Source of the DNA: Sarea resinae
Lineage: Eukaryota
Assembly: GCA_026026165.1 (NCBI GenBank)
Contig: JAPEUD010000046.1
Span: forward strand, 1 to 64,000
Reading direction: 5' to 3'
DNA length: 64,000 nucleotides
In this document: piece by piece, positions 13,506-25,493 of the stretch
How the letters are laid out: the number at the start of each line of letters is the position of its first letter
Position numbering within the stretch: position 1 is the stretch's first letter
Notes under the pieces: model-generated
The model's input: the letters and a program-made list of their open reading frames with translations, nothing else
What the model was told of the DNA's origin: nothing
The model's database searches: none
Program-made: the position numbers and the translations under genes

Positions 13506-14422
13506 GTGATCATGGGCTTAGCTCGTTAATCACCAAGTCGATCAGATGCGTATGATAATCACGGCTCCTTTTTCTTTTCGGGTGGATACTGCTGGAACGG
13601 TGGGAATACAAATGCGTTTTCCGGAGTTCTCATATAATCTGGACGATCATACCCTTCGTCCGAACAGCAGGCTCATGCGGCGTTTGTTCACTGCCTCGGC
13701 GATTTGTTGGCTAGACGAGGAAATGGTTGCTTTGGCTCTTCGCGGCGTCATTATATGCTTCTCTGATGCATCTATGTCGTCTGGGCCTTTTGATTTTGCG
13801 TGTGGTTTGTACATCAGCGGGGCAAACACGTTCCTTTTGTTTTCACATAGTGACAGCGAAACCATAAACTCCATGAGATATATCAAGCAGCAGGCGAGTA
13901 GACTTGCGACGTATAAATGTCGAGTGGGGTCGATCTTGCTCGATCTTGCTCATATCCTGGGCTTTGTCGATCAGAGATAAGCGTCAAGCGTCAGGGCTAT
14001 CGTAGAGTAGCTGACAACTTGAAGGCGGTGGAGGGAGATTGGCACACACCCAAGCGACTTTGGATTAGTCACCACAAGCCGTGCATCTCCAGTCTCGTGC
14101 TGCGCGAGAGCCCGGGCTCCAGCTGGAGTACCGTAACCGGCCAATAGTATGACCGATCCCGATGTTTCTATGCCCGGATCTCAACATGATGGGTCCAATG
14201 ACTCCATCCGTAGATCCTACCTGGGCTGTAGCAGGGCTAGCACGATTGAGTAAGTGAGAGATTGAGCGGAATACCTTTCGTAGGTGGGCAATAATGCAAC
14301 ATCTTCGCATGTCCGACTGTTGATGTGCGATGTTCACATATGACCGAGGACTTTACTGCTAGTCATGAGATGATCGACCGTCTACCGTCGAACACACCCC
14401 GAGGCCGTATCGATCATGCGGC

Positions 14423-17400
14423 ATGGGACCACCGCCTGCGAAGAAGCGGAGAGCCCTCGTCGTCACATCGTCCGATGAGGAAGAGCCGACGACTGTGCCC
14501 CGAAGATCGACACGCAAGCAAAGCGCTTCGCAAGGTCAATCTGAAAAGGCCGCGGAAGCTGGGGCTATAAGAGATAGCAGTAATGGGCCAAAACGATCGT
14601 TACCCTCTCGGTCACGAAGGAAGAGGGAAGACGTTGGAGATGCGCAGGGCGTCCATTCGCGAGCGAAAACACCTTCTGCTTCACCTGAGAAGCCGAGACG
14701 TAAGACTTCCTCTCGAGGTAATGGAGGACGGGGCAATTCGATACACTCATTCTTCAACGCCTCGACTCAGCGACAACGCTCAACGCAGATCAGCGATGTG
14801 ACTGCCGAGGAGGAGCTAGACGATCTCATTCAGGATGATGACATTGACGTCGATATTGAGCCAAAGCGGCAGGCTCTAGAATCTACTGCACTCTCGCAAA
14901 CCGTTCAACATGCTCGTAAGCGCGGCCTCCAGTCGTCAAGGCGAATTGAGGATCCTTTCAGGGCAAGCCAATGGCCAAGTGCAAGCCAGAGATTCTTGTC
15001 ACAGTCCAAAGAGAGCTCAGTGCCCAGACCGAGTCGGACCTCTCAGCTACTCCAAGATGAAGACAGGAGGCCTTGGGCCGAGAAATACGCTCCCAAAAAC
15101 ATTGATGAGTTAGCCGTCCATAAGAAAAAAGTAGCCGATGTCCAGTCTTGGCTGGAAGGTGTTTTACGAGGTCACGATAGGAAGGTACGCTTTTGTCATC
15201 ATCATTCGCTCTCCAAAAAGTGTGTGCTAAAAGTTCAATGTAGAGATTATTGATATTAAGAGGAGCTTCTGGGACGGGCAAAACGACGGTAATGCAACTA
15301 CTGTCGAAGCAAATTCATTTCGACATACTGGAATGGAGGAACCCTGTCGGATCAGACTTCTCCTCTGAATCTTTCGTCTCTTTGTCTGCACACTTCGACG
15401 AGTTTCTTGGGCGAGGTAGGAAGTTCGGGAGTTTAGACTTGTTTGGCGGCGATGGCAGCCACACAGCAGACGCTTCACCCAGCGAGCCAGGTTCTGCGCC
15501 CAGCAAGAAAAAGGTCATACTTATGGAAGAGTTTCCTAACACGTTCGCTCGTTCCTCGAGCGCACTGCAGACTTTCCGATCTAGCATTCAGCAATACCTA
15601 GCAGCAAATACGCCGTCGCTGAATCATCTCTTTTCGCACGAGGGTCTTAATGACGATGTTACCCCTTTGGTCATGATCATATCGGAGACTTTGCTGAGCA
15701 CTGGTACATCATCTGCTGATAGCTTCACAGCCCATCGACTACTTGGACCAGCCATTCTTGGCCATCCAGGCGTCAACGTCATCGACTTCAACCCCGTAGC
15801 GACTACTTTCATGACGAAGGCTCTTGAATTGGTGATTCAGAAAGAAGCCCGAATTTCGGGAAGGAAGAGAGCTCCCGGGCCGCTTGTTCTGAAAAGATTG
15901 GGTGAGGTTGGGGATATTCGAAGTGCGATTGGTTCTCTTGAATTCCTATGCCTGAGAGGCGATGACGGAAGCGACTGGGGTAGCAAACTTGCATTCAGCA
16001 AAGCAAAAAGAGGCAGCAAGGCAAAGCCAGCGCTGACTGCCATGGAAAAGGAGTCACTAGAGATGGTCACGCAGCGAGAGGCCAGTCTCGGTCTCTTTCA
16101 TGCCGTGGGAAAAGTGGTGTATAACAAACGAGAAGTTTCAAACCTAACTAGTGCCCCTATCGGACGCCTTCCACAACCTCCGAATCATCTACCCCATCAC
16201 TTCCGCCCTAAACACTCAGACATTGACGTCGATGGTCTGATTGATGAGATCGGCACAGACACGCAGACCTTCATTGCGGCCTTGCACGAGAACTACATCC
16301 TCTCCTGCGATGGTCCTACATCTGAAGACTCTATCGACTCCCTTAACGGCTGTATAGACGCCCTCTCGGACGCCGATCTGCTCTCCCCAGACCGACTCGG
16401 TGCTTTCGGGTCCGGTGGCGGGTCTGCTTTCGGTGGACGCAGCAGCCGCGGTGGCTTCTCAGGGGCGGAAACGGACAATCTCCGGCAAGACGAGATCGGC
16501 TTCCAAGTCGCCGTGCGCGGCCTTCTCTTCTCCCTCCCTCATCCCGTCAAGCGACGCGCGCCACCTTCTTCGTCTACTACCGGTCATCACTCGAGCCGTC
16601 ACGCTCGCAGCGGCGACGCGTTCAAGATGTTCTATCCCACGTCCCTCAGGCTCTGGCGCCAGGCCGAGGAGATCCGGGATCTCGTTGACCTGTGGGTGGA
16701 GCGGTCTATGCGGGGCCAGGTGCCGACCACCACGACGCTCGTGTCGCGCGAAAGAGCATTTGCGGCGCCCAGGGTAGGCGGGGTCGAGACCTGGGGGAAT
16801 CGATCTGGCGGTGGTGGCGGCGGCCTTGGTAATGCCACGGCGCGTTCTTCTTTATCTTCTACTTCTTCTTCAAAGCCGACCGAGGGAGAATCAGCCACAC
16901 CACCGCTCCTAGTCGGCGGCGCTTCCGCCCGGACGGAGATGCTGCTGGAGCGTTTGCCTTATATGGCGAAGATCACGCGGGCCCGACTCAGTCTCCCTGT
17001 ACACCCTCATCCGCATCCGCATCCGCAACCGCATCACCGTCCTCCTCCGTTACATCACCCCCACCACCCTCAACACAGTCGACCCGTCGCCCCACCCCCC
17101 ACGCTACTCGAGATGGAAAAACTCACCTCCTTCTCCGGCATCACGGGGCCGAGTGACGAGATGCCCTCGTCGTCGGCCGAATCCTCTTCCTCCTCTTCTG
17201 AAGGAGAAGAAGAACAAGAAGAACAAGAAGAAGGAGAAGAGATCGCTCATCCAGAGTCGTCATTGCCAAAGAAGGAGAAGAAGAAGGGGAGAAAGAAGCA
17301 CAAGAGCAAAAACAAGGGCAGGGCCACGAAAGGCGCTGATGGCACTGGCACTGGCATTGGCACCACAGGTAGAGGCAGAGCAAATCCACGTCTTCGTCTC

Positions 17401-17499
17401 GACTCCGCAACGGCTGCTCATCTCAGCGGTGGCGTTGGTGCGGGACTAGAGGACCTCAGCGGGCTCGTGCTCAGCGATGACGATATCGTCGATGACTAG
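14423..17499 (+). CDS. RAD17: Checkpoint clamp loader Rad17/Rad24 (RFC-like AAA+ ATPase)
   Basis: PWAEKYAPKNIDELAVHKKKV, Walker A GASGTGKT, LMEEFPN, GDIRSAI, LFHAVGKVVYNKR, LHENY, acidic C-terminus LSDDDIVDD. Intron 15185-15243. Confidence 0.95.
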
Positions 17500-18442
17500 G
17501 TACGGTAAGGTAGGTCTGCTATAGGGGTCTCGGAGGGGGGAGGGGGGTTGGGACCGGACCTGGGTGGCCTCAGCACCATCTGTCGTCGGCCTGCCTTTGC
17601 CTCTTTGATGAATGTGGCGATCACAATGATGGGATAGGGGAGGATGGGGAGGGCTGGGAGGCAGCGCATGCATGCGTGTTTGATAGTGTCTATGTATGTT
17701 CGGGCAAGAGTAGAAGATAAGGGATGAAAGAGAGAGGAAAGAGGGTGTCAAGGGTTTTCTAGAAGGCTGGGGACTATTGCTACTTGAATCTCTGCAGCCA
17801 AGAGCAGAGGATAAGGGATAGGACAGGAAACAGGGTGTCAAGGATTTTATAAAGGAGGTGGGGGGGCCTACTCTGCTTAATCCCCATTCATTCACTCATC
17901 TTATCCACTTATCCACTTATCCACTTAAGCACATTATCCATCATAAGTCCTTCTTGTATCAAGTATTTGTAATTTCCCCCTCCCCCATTCTATTCTCTCG
18001 TCTGAACTTTAAGGAGCGGCGCAACAGCAGACAGACAGAAACTGAACTCAAGCAAACTTGAAAACCGAAACCCGAATCAAACCCCGATCCTCACTCAGCC
18101 AGATCACATACAAGCCCCAATCCATGACTGAACCCCACAGAGACGTAAGATGGGGCAGTGAAACCAAGCCAGACTAAACCAAACGAGACCAAATCGACAC
18201 ACCCAAAATCACAATCCCAAAGACAAAGCCGGCGCGGCGATAGTGGATACAGTGAAAGTGAAAGTAGATGCCGCATCCGGTACAAGCAACAGCAACAGCA
18301 ACAGCAACGAGGCAGACGACGACGATGACGCCGCCGCCGCACGAGAAGACCGCAAAAACCATAAACGAAAGAAGGGTAGTGCGCGCGTGCCACATCATCA
18401 CTCCGTATACGAAAGGCCCCTCGGGGAAAGCTAAATCGAGGC

Positions 18443-20638
18443 TCACTTGCTACCGCCACTCCCACCCGCCGACCAGTCCTTGCCCTTCGCCTTACCCATA
18501 CTCCTCGTCAGCATATGGAAGGGCGAGAACGAGGGCGTGGTGCGGCGGGCGTCGGATTTGTGCTTCTTGCGCGGTGTCGTCGTCTCTTCGGAGTCCGGCT
18601 TCGAGGCCGATTTCGCCTTTCGCAGACTCGGTCCTGGTGAAGACGAGTCGCGCTGTGTCTTTGCTTCTGGCTCGGACTCGGCCTCGAGCTCGGGCGCGAT
18701 CGTCGCTGTGCCGTATAGCATGTCGCGTACGGCCGATTCGGTTGGCATGGGGATGGGCCCGGGCTGTTGAGGGGCTGGCTGTTGAGGGGCTGGCTGTTGA
18801 GGCACTGACTGTTGTGGTGCTTGCTGTTGTGGTGCTTGCTGTTGTGGCGCCAGCTGGAGTGGTGCTAGCTGCTGAGGCGTTGGCTCGAATACAGAGCTTG
18901 GCATGGGTGTAGGATTTATAAAGCGTAGCGGGGCGGGAGCAGAAGGACCAGGAGCAGAAGGGCCGCGGTTCGTCGGCCTGCCGCGATGCGGTAGGGTACC
19001 ATTACCACCAATAACACTCTCTATGGCCTTCCCCTTGCCCTTATTGAGGTTCGTCCTAGGAGGAGTATCCGGCTCAGCGACAGTGCCCATGAGATCAGTA
19101 GGCCCTGAATTCTCGTTGGATTGAGAAGCATCTGCCTTTGCCTGGAATTGCGCCATCTCTTTTCCCGACGCCTGCTTTCGCTCGTAGTCCTTTTGGATAG
19201 CGATACGTGTCTCGCGCCACCATTTGATGTGCTCGTCCCACTTTTGGTCGTCGGACTTCGAGCTGTCAGGGCCGTCAAAAGAAGGAGGCTCCTGAGCACC
19301 AAAATGCAAGTCCCGGGGATGAACGGTATCGGGGGAATTGGGATCGTCAACTTTATGGCCAGGAGACGTTGAGCCTTGCGATGGTCCTTGTGATGGCTCT
19401 TGCGATATATCGCGTGATGAACCTTGCGGTGAGCTTTTCATCTGATCTGCAGACTGCAGTTCGGCGCGGTTTTCACCTTGGGCTCTAGGATGATTGCGCC
19501 CGAAGATATCGGGAGCAAGGGTTGGGTTGGGTCCGAAAGCATTTTTCATCGTAGTAGTGGCGTCACTATCCGGCGAAGACGAGCTAGAAGAAGACTGTTG
19601 CTCGAGTTGCGCGTTCACTTGCGCGTTGACTGCTTTGTTGCCTTCTAACTTGCCCATGAACGCGGTCTCGTCCCAGATTTCTTCGTGGTCGGGAAAGCTG
19701 GTGCGCGGATAGAGAGCTACTGCATCCAAGCAGGGTCTGAATGGGTTGTCAAATTCAGTGAACCAGTCGGTCTCGCTTTCGAGAGCTCCGGCGTTATTGG
19801 TGAGACTCCAGGAGGATAAGGAGATGGGACTGAAGGGAGCGATTCTCGGGCGATGAGTAGGGATATGCCAGTCGAGCTTTGGCCAGTAGGTTTTGTTTTG
19901 GCCATGATGACTGTTATTATCCTGGTTGTTGTCATTATAGTGGTGGACGCTGAATTCGCGTTTGTTGTTCTTTTGCTGGCCAATGTTGCTGCCAATTCGG
20001 GGAATAGGGAATCTATTTGGGTCGCTTGAGACAGATGTAGAAGTAGGAGCAGAGCAGCCAGGAGAAAGTGTCGCGCTATTAGGAGAGCACATATTTGGGG
20101 TGTATACTCCAGTAGAAAATCCAAAGCAGCCTAGCTTCCCCGAGGTCGCGGGATTTCGCTGGGCGTCAGGCGGACAGAGAGCGATGTCTCCAGCAATCTC
20201 AGATCCAGAGAGGACACCAGAAGACCACGGGGACCTATGGAAGCTGTCCGAGTGGGGTGAGAGGGTCATGTTTCCATCTAGCTCGAAGTTGTCTTGGATG
20301 TGCCAATCCGCACGCCCTGTGAACGGCCGTTCTGGCAGACCTTCTATATGCATGTAGTGGCCCGAGATGCTTCTCTCTGTAGAGGATTTGCTCCAAATAT
20401 CTGAATCGTCAGGGTCGTTCCATGATCTTCCTCCACATAGATCCAAGCACAAAGAGGGCATTTTGGGTGTGCATAGAGATCTTGCAATCGCAGGGCAATT
20501 CAAACAGTACCTCGATTGCCGCTGGACAAAACATTTGCGATGCAGCAACGAGTCTACGGACCCCAAAGGGACTCGGTCTAGTTTTATAGGGCATTTTGTA
20601 GCCGCCTGACATAACCTGGTGAACCAACTTGACTGCAA
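18443..20638 (-). CDS. Orphan hypothetical protein, largely low complexity
   Basis: Uninterrupted 731-codon ORF with no recognisable family. The listed start is a TTG; the true start may be a downstream ATG. Confidence 0.6.
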   Translation of the reverse strand: MQSSWFTRLCQAATKCPIKLDRVPLGSVDSLLHRKCFVQRQSRYCLNCPAIARSLCTPKMPSLCLDLCGGRSWNDPDDSDIWSKSSTERSISGHYMHIEGLPERPFTGRADWHIQDNFELDGNMTLSPHSDSFHRSPWSSGVLSGSEIAGDIALCPPDAQRNPATSGKLGCFGFSTGVYTPNMCSPNSATLSPGCSAPTSTSVSSDPNRFPIPRIGSNIGQQKNNKREFSVHHYNDNNQDNNSHHGQNKTYWPKLDWHIPTHRPRIAPFSPISLSSWSLTNNAGALESETDWFTEFDNPFRPCLDAVALYPRTSFPDHEEIWDETAFMGKLEGNKAVNAQVNAQLEQQSSSSSSSPDSDATTTMKNAFGPNPTLAPDIFGRNHPRAQGENRAELQSADQMKSSPQGSSRDISQEPSQGPSQGSTSPGHKVDDPNSPDTVHPRDLHFGAQEPPSFDGPDSSKSDDQKWDEHIKWWRETRIAIQKDYERKQASGKEMAQFQAKADASQSNENSGPTDLMGTVAEPDTPPRTNLNKGKGKAIESVIGGNGTLPHRGRPTNRGPSAPGPSAPAPLRFINPTPMPSSVFEPTPQQLAPLQLAPQQQAPQQQAPQQSVPQQPAPQQPAPQQPGPIPMPTESAVRDMLYGTATIAPELEAESEPEAKTQRDSSSPGPSLRKAKSASKPDSEETTTPRKKHKSDARRTTPSFSPFHMLTRSMGKAKGKDWSAGGSGGSK
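18761..18880. repeat. Coding 15-bp minisatellite (QQPAP/QQQAP units)
   Basis: Degenerate tandem units such as GGGGCTGGCTGTTGA and GGTGCTTGCTGTTGT. Confidence 0.85.
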
Positions 20639-20867
20639 GTAGATGTTATTGAAGATGGCTTACGAATAGGTACACTCCGCCTCGAGGTTCATCGCTCGTC
20701 CTAAATTGGAGCAGTACCAAGGACTAGCCACCAAAAGGGCGGGCGCGGGCTGAAAGGCTTAGTTCGCTTCCTTGGATCTGCTGATGAGCTACGCCGTAGT
20801 GGCAGGTAGGGTTGGTGTCCTCACATTGTGCCTGTCGATTTTGACACGTCCGGAACGAGCCAAATCA

Positions 20868-22446
20868 TCAACCCTGAGGCCGAGCTTGCAAAATTCGGTC
20901 TAGCGCGTCCTGCATCTGGTAGCCATTGCGGTCAAATCGCTCCAGCAACCCAATCTGCCACTCCTGGAAGGTGCGAGTCGGCGGAGGCATCAAGTCATTA
21001 CTATTTTCCAGAGCAGTACGTAAGGAGCGAAATGCGGCGGTAGGTAGATGGACCTCTTCAAAATTCGCGCTTTGTTTTGTGATTAGTTCTTCTGGATTTG
21101 AGATTTCCTGGTAGAACATTTTCATTGCGCGCCTAGGTTCATCTGGCTTCGTCGAAGACGAATAGCGTAAATCCGGTGTGAAAACCCAGCACTGAAAACC
21201 ATGAGCAATGCGGAATTGAGACCCTGAGGATTGGCATTGGACTTACTATTAGTGCTGCCCCTCCCTTCCCTTTCTCATTACAGTGAACCACGAATTTTCG
21301 CACAGCTTGGCTGTCTATCAAAGCTAAAAGCTGAGCAGATATGAAGGGTTCTACGGGATATGTTCGCGGTGGGGCGCTGCGATTGGAGCGCACGGAGAGA
21401 CTCCATTTATATAGCCTCCACCCTTCAGCTCGATCATCCGGCGCACCAACAACAGTTTTACAATGAGTGCATGATAAAGCTGTAGGACGCTGCGATTGTT
21501 CTGTTGGTATAGACTGCATAAGAATTAGCAAATGATATTTCTCGCTGAAATCCCGTGCCGTCCGTCCACTCGAAGAGCGCACGGCGAAATAAGGAGATGA
21601 GAATAGACCATAGCTATCTATAACAAGCAACCCATCTCGAGCAGAGCCAGAGAGGGTACACTTGAGCAGACAAGCCAGGCGTGTGTTCAATCTTGGGAAA
21701 TTGTATCGGCGGCCAGACCATGACCGAAAATACATTCGGGGCAAGGCCTCCTTCTTGTTTCCCAACTACCAACAGACCCCAAAAGACAAGAAATAGAGAT
21801 GATGATCAAGGCATTAAACCTACGTGAGTACAAAAGATTCTGAAATACTGACCTTGATACCCGAGCAATCCTCTTCTGAAAGCAAAAAGGAACAGAGGTC
21901 TACAAAACCGGTGCCTGGCTGAGCCACAAGCCGATTCGACGCAGCATATCCCTTGTTCGCAGTGCCAACCGCATCAGCACCATTCTCGGGCGCATCCGGC
22001 TTGTGGCAGTGCCAAAAGTCCATCATCTCGGCCCAGTTCTCGCTGGGCAGGTCCTTCCAGGTCTTGATCACACCGCCCTGGATGAAACAGCTGCCGCATT
22101 TTCGGCAACTTAGCACGGCTGATGAAGTCAAAGATCCTGCCGACCAGGGGACGTAGTTATCCAGATCGTGCAATTGCGGTACAGCTGGTTGATTCTTGTC
22201 CGCGATAGCCACGCGGAAAGAGATTTCCTTGCTCTTGGCTGACGGTAGTGTCAAGGCGGCCGAACCCCCGACCTGGGTAGGCAGACGAATGGTAGAGACT
22301 TGGCCTTCATGTTCTAGAGAGACGGCTTCTCTGTCCGAAGAGAGGTTCACCCGTGTTTCTTCGTTGCGGACAGACTTCAATGAAGCAAAGATAGTTAGCT
22401 GCCGGATGTTGAGCAGTAGCTCCGCGTACAGGTGTGAGGAGGCCAT
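20868..22446 (-). CDS. IPA1: HECT-like E2-binding ubiquitin ligase, UBE3D/Ipa1 family
   Basis: LYAELLLNIRQ, CRKC, WKDLPSENWAEMMDFWHCHKP, CTHC...GWRLYKW, WVFTPD, MKMFYQ. Introns 21514-21852 and 21192-21246. Confidence 0.9.
21533..21765 (-). ncRNA. Intronic box H/ACA-like guide RNA, snR81-like (predicted target U2 snRNA psi42)
   Basis: 5' hairpin with TTGGGAAA/TTTCCCAA lower stem and AAGAA/GATAC pocket, complementary to U2 GUAUC-UG-UUCUU. 3' hairpin CCGTGC/GCACGG is followed 14 nt later by AUA, an ACA-box variant. Confidence 0.7.
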
Positions 22447-22809
22447 TGCGTGAGAGCAGGAGGGGCAGCTATATGCCGCGGCGAGAAGTTGTGTTAGACA
22501 TCCATCCCACGATATCGATCTCCTCCTGGGCCATCTAGTGAATAGTATTCTCGTGGCCGTAGTTCAGTTCGGGGCGATGTTCGCGTGAAGGCGAAGCTAG
22601 GGAACTATGGAGTGGACATGTATTCGGACTCGTAGGAGATTAAAAGATCTAATCATATCTTATCTTATCTCATTTCGGTCAGCCTTACTCCACCTCCACT
22701 TGCTCGATAGCATGTCATGGGCCCATCATCAGCGTCCCAATTCCCAACAAACAGCATTCCCCGCAACATCAATGAATTAATCAAAATCGCCATTCCCAGA
22801 GTCATCACG

Positions 22810-24327
22810 ATGCTCTCTTCATTCGCTACCAAGTTCTTCAGCAGCGCCGCCGGCGCAGAGAGGAAGAAAGGCGTCGAGCTAGCCTCCGTCGAGGTCCACG
22901 ATATCGAGACCGCACCCGAGAAACGGCCGCGCACGCTCAAGCATCTCATCCGCCTCAACCATGTTACCAATTCTGTCATGTACCATGATCTGCAATTCCA
23001 TAACCATGCGCCTCATGTACGTTCGATGCTCCTGGCCCCCAAGGGATCCTCTGAAACTGACGGATAATGCAAGATCCTCGGCTCGGCGTATCTGCTCGGC
23101 GCAAGCCCGGCGCAACTGAACAGCATCTACGACGAGGAGGCCAAAGAGCTCGAACATTGGGAAGACTCCCCCGAAGAGGTCTCTCAACATGACTGGCAGT
23201 CTTACCTCGGTGACAAGCGGTCAGTCCACCTACGCGGCTCCCAGAATTCAATAAGTGGGAACGCATTCTAATCTCTGTTCTATCCAGATTTCAACGCGCA
23301 TACGTCGACTTCTTCGAGGACCAGTTAGTGCGATACAATTATGACTGGCAGTCCATCGTGCACGACTATCTGTTCAATGGCAAAGAACCTCTAATCAACG
23401 GCATCGTTGGTGGGCGTACGTCTTCCATATCACCCTTCTCCAACTAGCATAACCCCCTAACTTTCTCTCATAGTTGGCCACCCCCTCATACACTTAGGCT
23501 ATGCCTTTGAACTCTCCAACCGCGAACTAGCAATGGAGGCTCTGGCTCTTACAGCGACCAACTATTCCTTCCTGCACAAATACCTCGACGACCCATCCTA
23601 CACCGCCCGACCCGCCCCCACCGCTTCCATCTCCACACAGACCCCTCTCACCATCCTGGCCTCCATCGCCGCTGACCCAGCCCTAACAAACCTCTTCCGC
23701 ACCCCAGGACCAGACAACATCGGCCCGCTCTTCGAGAACGCCAAAACCGAATCTGCCCTTCTGAAACACTGGAACGCCTGGTCGGCCCCATCTCAGAGCC
23801 CGACGGCCGCCTTCTCCGACCTCCAAAAAGCAGCCACCGCACTTCTAGTCACAAGCCTAACCACGGAAACTCCACGCCACGATTTCTTCCTCCTGCACCT
23901 CCTGACCACCACGCACGCCCTACGGATCCTCTTCCCGCTCATCCCGTCCAAACACCACATCTCCCTGCTGCGCCAACATTTCCTGCTCACCCTAGCCCTC
24001 TACACGACGCAGCTCACCCCACACATCGACGCATCGCTGATCCCGGCCTACTCCCTACCGGCAGGCAAGGACACCTGGACCTATCTCGCGCACGAGTGCC
24101 TGCACGGCCGCTGGGCCAAAGACGCGCACTTCGTCAAGGGCGTGCGCGCGCTCAAGGTCGCCGCCGAGACCTGGCCGCACGACGCGGATTTCTACCTCCA
24201 CGCGGCCGTCAAGTTCGCCGTAGAGTTCGATGGCTGGGGCGGCTTTGCGCCTTTCAATCAGGAGGATCGGGAGTTCTTGGGCGAGTTCAGAGAGGGGGGC
24301 GAGAGGGGCGTGTTCAAGGATGAGTAA
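22810..24327 (+). CDS. Questin oxidase-like / MGS207-type oxidoreductase (HypA/AflY family)
   Basis: LKHLIRLNH, FHNHAPH.LGSAYL, YVDFFED, GHPLIHLGYAFE, HDFFLLHLLTTTHALR, DAHFVKGVRAL. Three introns. Confidence 0.85.
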
Positions 24328-25493
24328 GTGAGTGAATGGGATAGTGAGAGAGTGAGAGAGTGAGTGACTAGGCGAATGATCGACTCGATCGAGTCCCACT
24401 GAGTCGGATCTGGCGAGCAAGCAAAACAATTCGGAAACGCGAAGACGGAACTCAAATTGGCCTCGAACAGAATGTGCGAGCGAGCGGAGGCCAGGCACCA
24501 AAGGCAAAAGCAAAAGCAACCAATATCATATCCCCATCCATCCATCCATTCATTCGTCCATCTCTGTACAAAAAGCCCCAAAAGTTGTAATTCTCCATCG
24601 ACTTTCTTTCCCCCACTCCCGCCCCAACACCAACCACCCTTTCCTTCGTTCTTAATTCTCGCCCCTGCTTTATTCCACCATTAGTCTACTACACATCACA
24701 AAATTGTATGATAAACAACGACGACCCAGAGACAATCACAATCCACACCAATATCTCAATTTCCCATCTCACCCTGAGCAGAACGGAGCAGTATCGTCCG
24801 TAGACATAATCTCACAGCATAACAGACATACACTAGGGCCCCCCAAAGAAGCGTCGATCAACAATCACTACAGTTCCCCCGAGGAAGAAGCATTAGGATG
24901 ATTTTTTTCATGTCGGGTGATATTACTAAACTATCTCTTCCCGCGCCCCTCGAAGCGGTTTTCCCTTCCCCTCAGTCCCCCTCGTTCACACATCGACCGT
25001 ACAGAGGGACCCAAAGCATGATATCAAAAAGGCCAGCTCTTCCCCATCCTAGCTTGCTGTCTGTCCTGCTTTTTCCCCTGTTGGTTACAAAACCCCCTAG
25101 AAGCGGCAATGAAACGGACGCTTCGATGCCAGACGATAGAAAAGAAAAAGAAAAAGAAAAGCAGAGAGCCGGGTAGAAGGGATAAAGTAAGACAAGGTAA
25201 GACAAGGTAAGGTAGGTAGTGATCCCGGAAATAGCTAGCGCCGCCGCCGCCGCCGCCAAACACCGTGCCAAAAGAAAACAACTCGCTGAAGAGAGAGGGG
25301 TGGAACCCTCGGAATATCAATTCAAAACTCCAGAAAAGGGGGGAAACGCAGAAGAAGCAGACGAAGCAGATCAACGAAAATCTCCCCAACCTCGCCACAC
25401 CTTCCGTCCCCTCCAGCCCGCTAGAATAGAGGACCAGAATTGAAGAGCGCCCTCCCAAGAATAGGAGCTACGAATACAAAAAAAAGAAAAAGA

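Noticed and set aside
20781..20810. CTGATGA followed by a GCTAC/GTAGT stem, resembling a hammerhead ribozyme core
   Set aside because: The required GAAA after stem II is absent (GGCAG instead), and no stem III/NUH could be placed.
21514..21765. MGNKKEALPR... coding extension of ORF 21139-21765
   Set aside because: It is a translation of intron sequence. A clean in-frame GTCAGT...GCTAAT...CAG splice removes it.
25219..25443. Protein-looking 74-aa ORF (AAAAAAKHRAKRKQLAEE...)
   Set aside because: GTG start, antisense to the pyrimidine-rich MPS1 3' region, no known motif.
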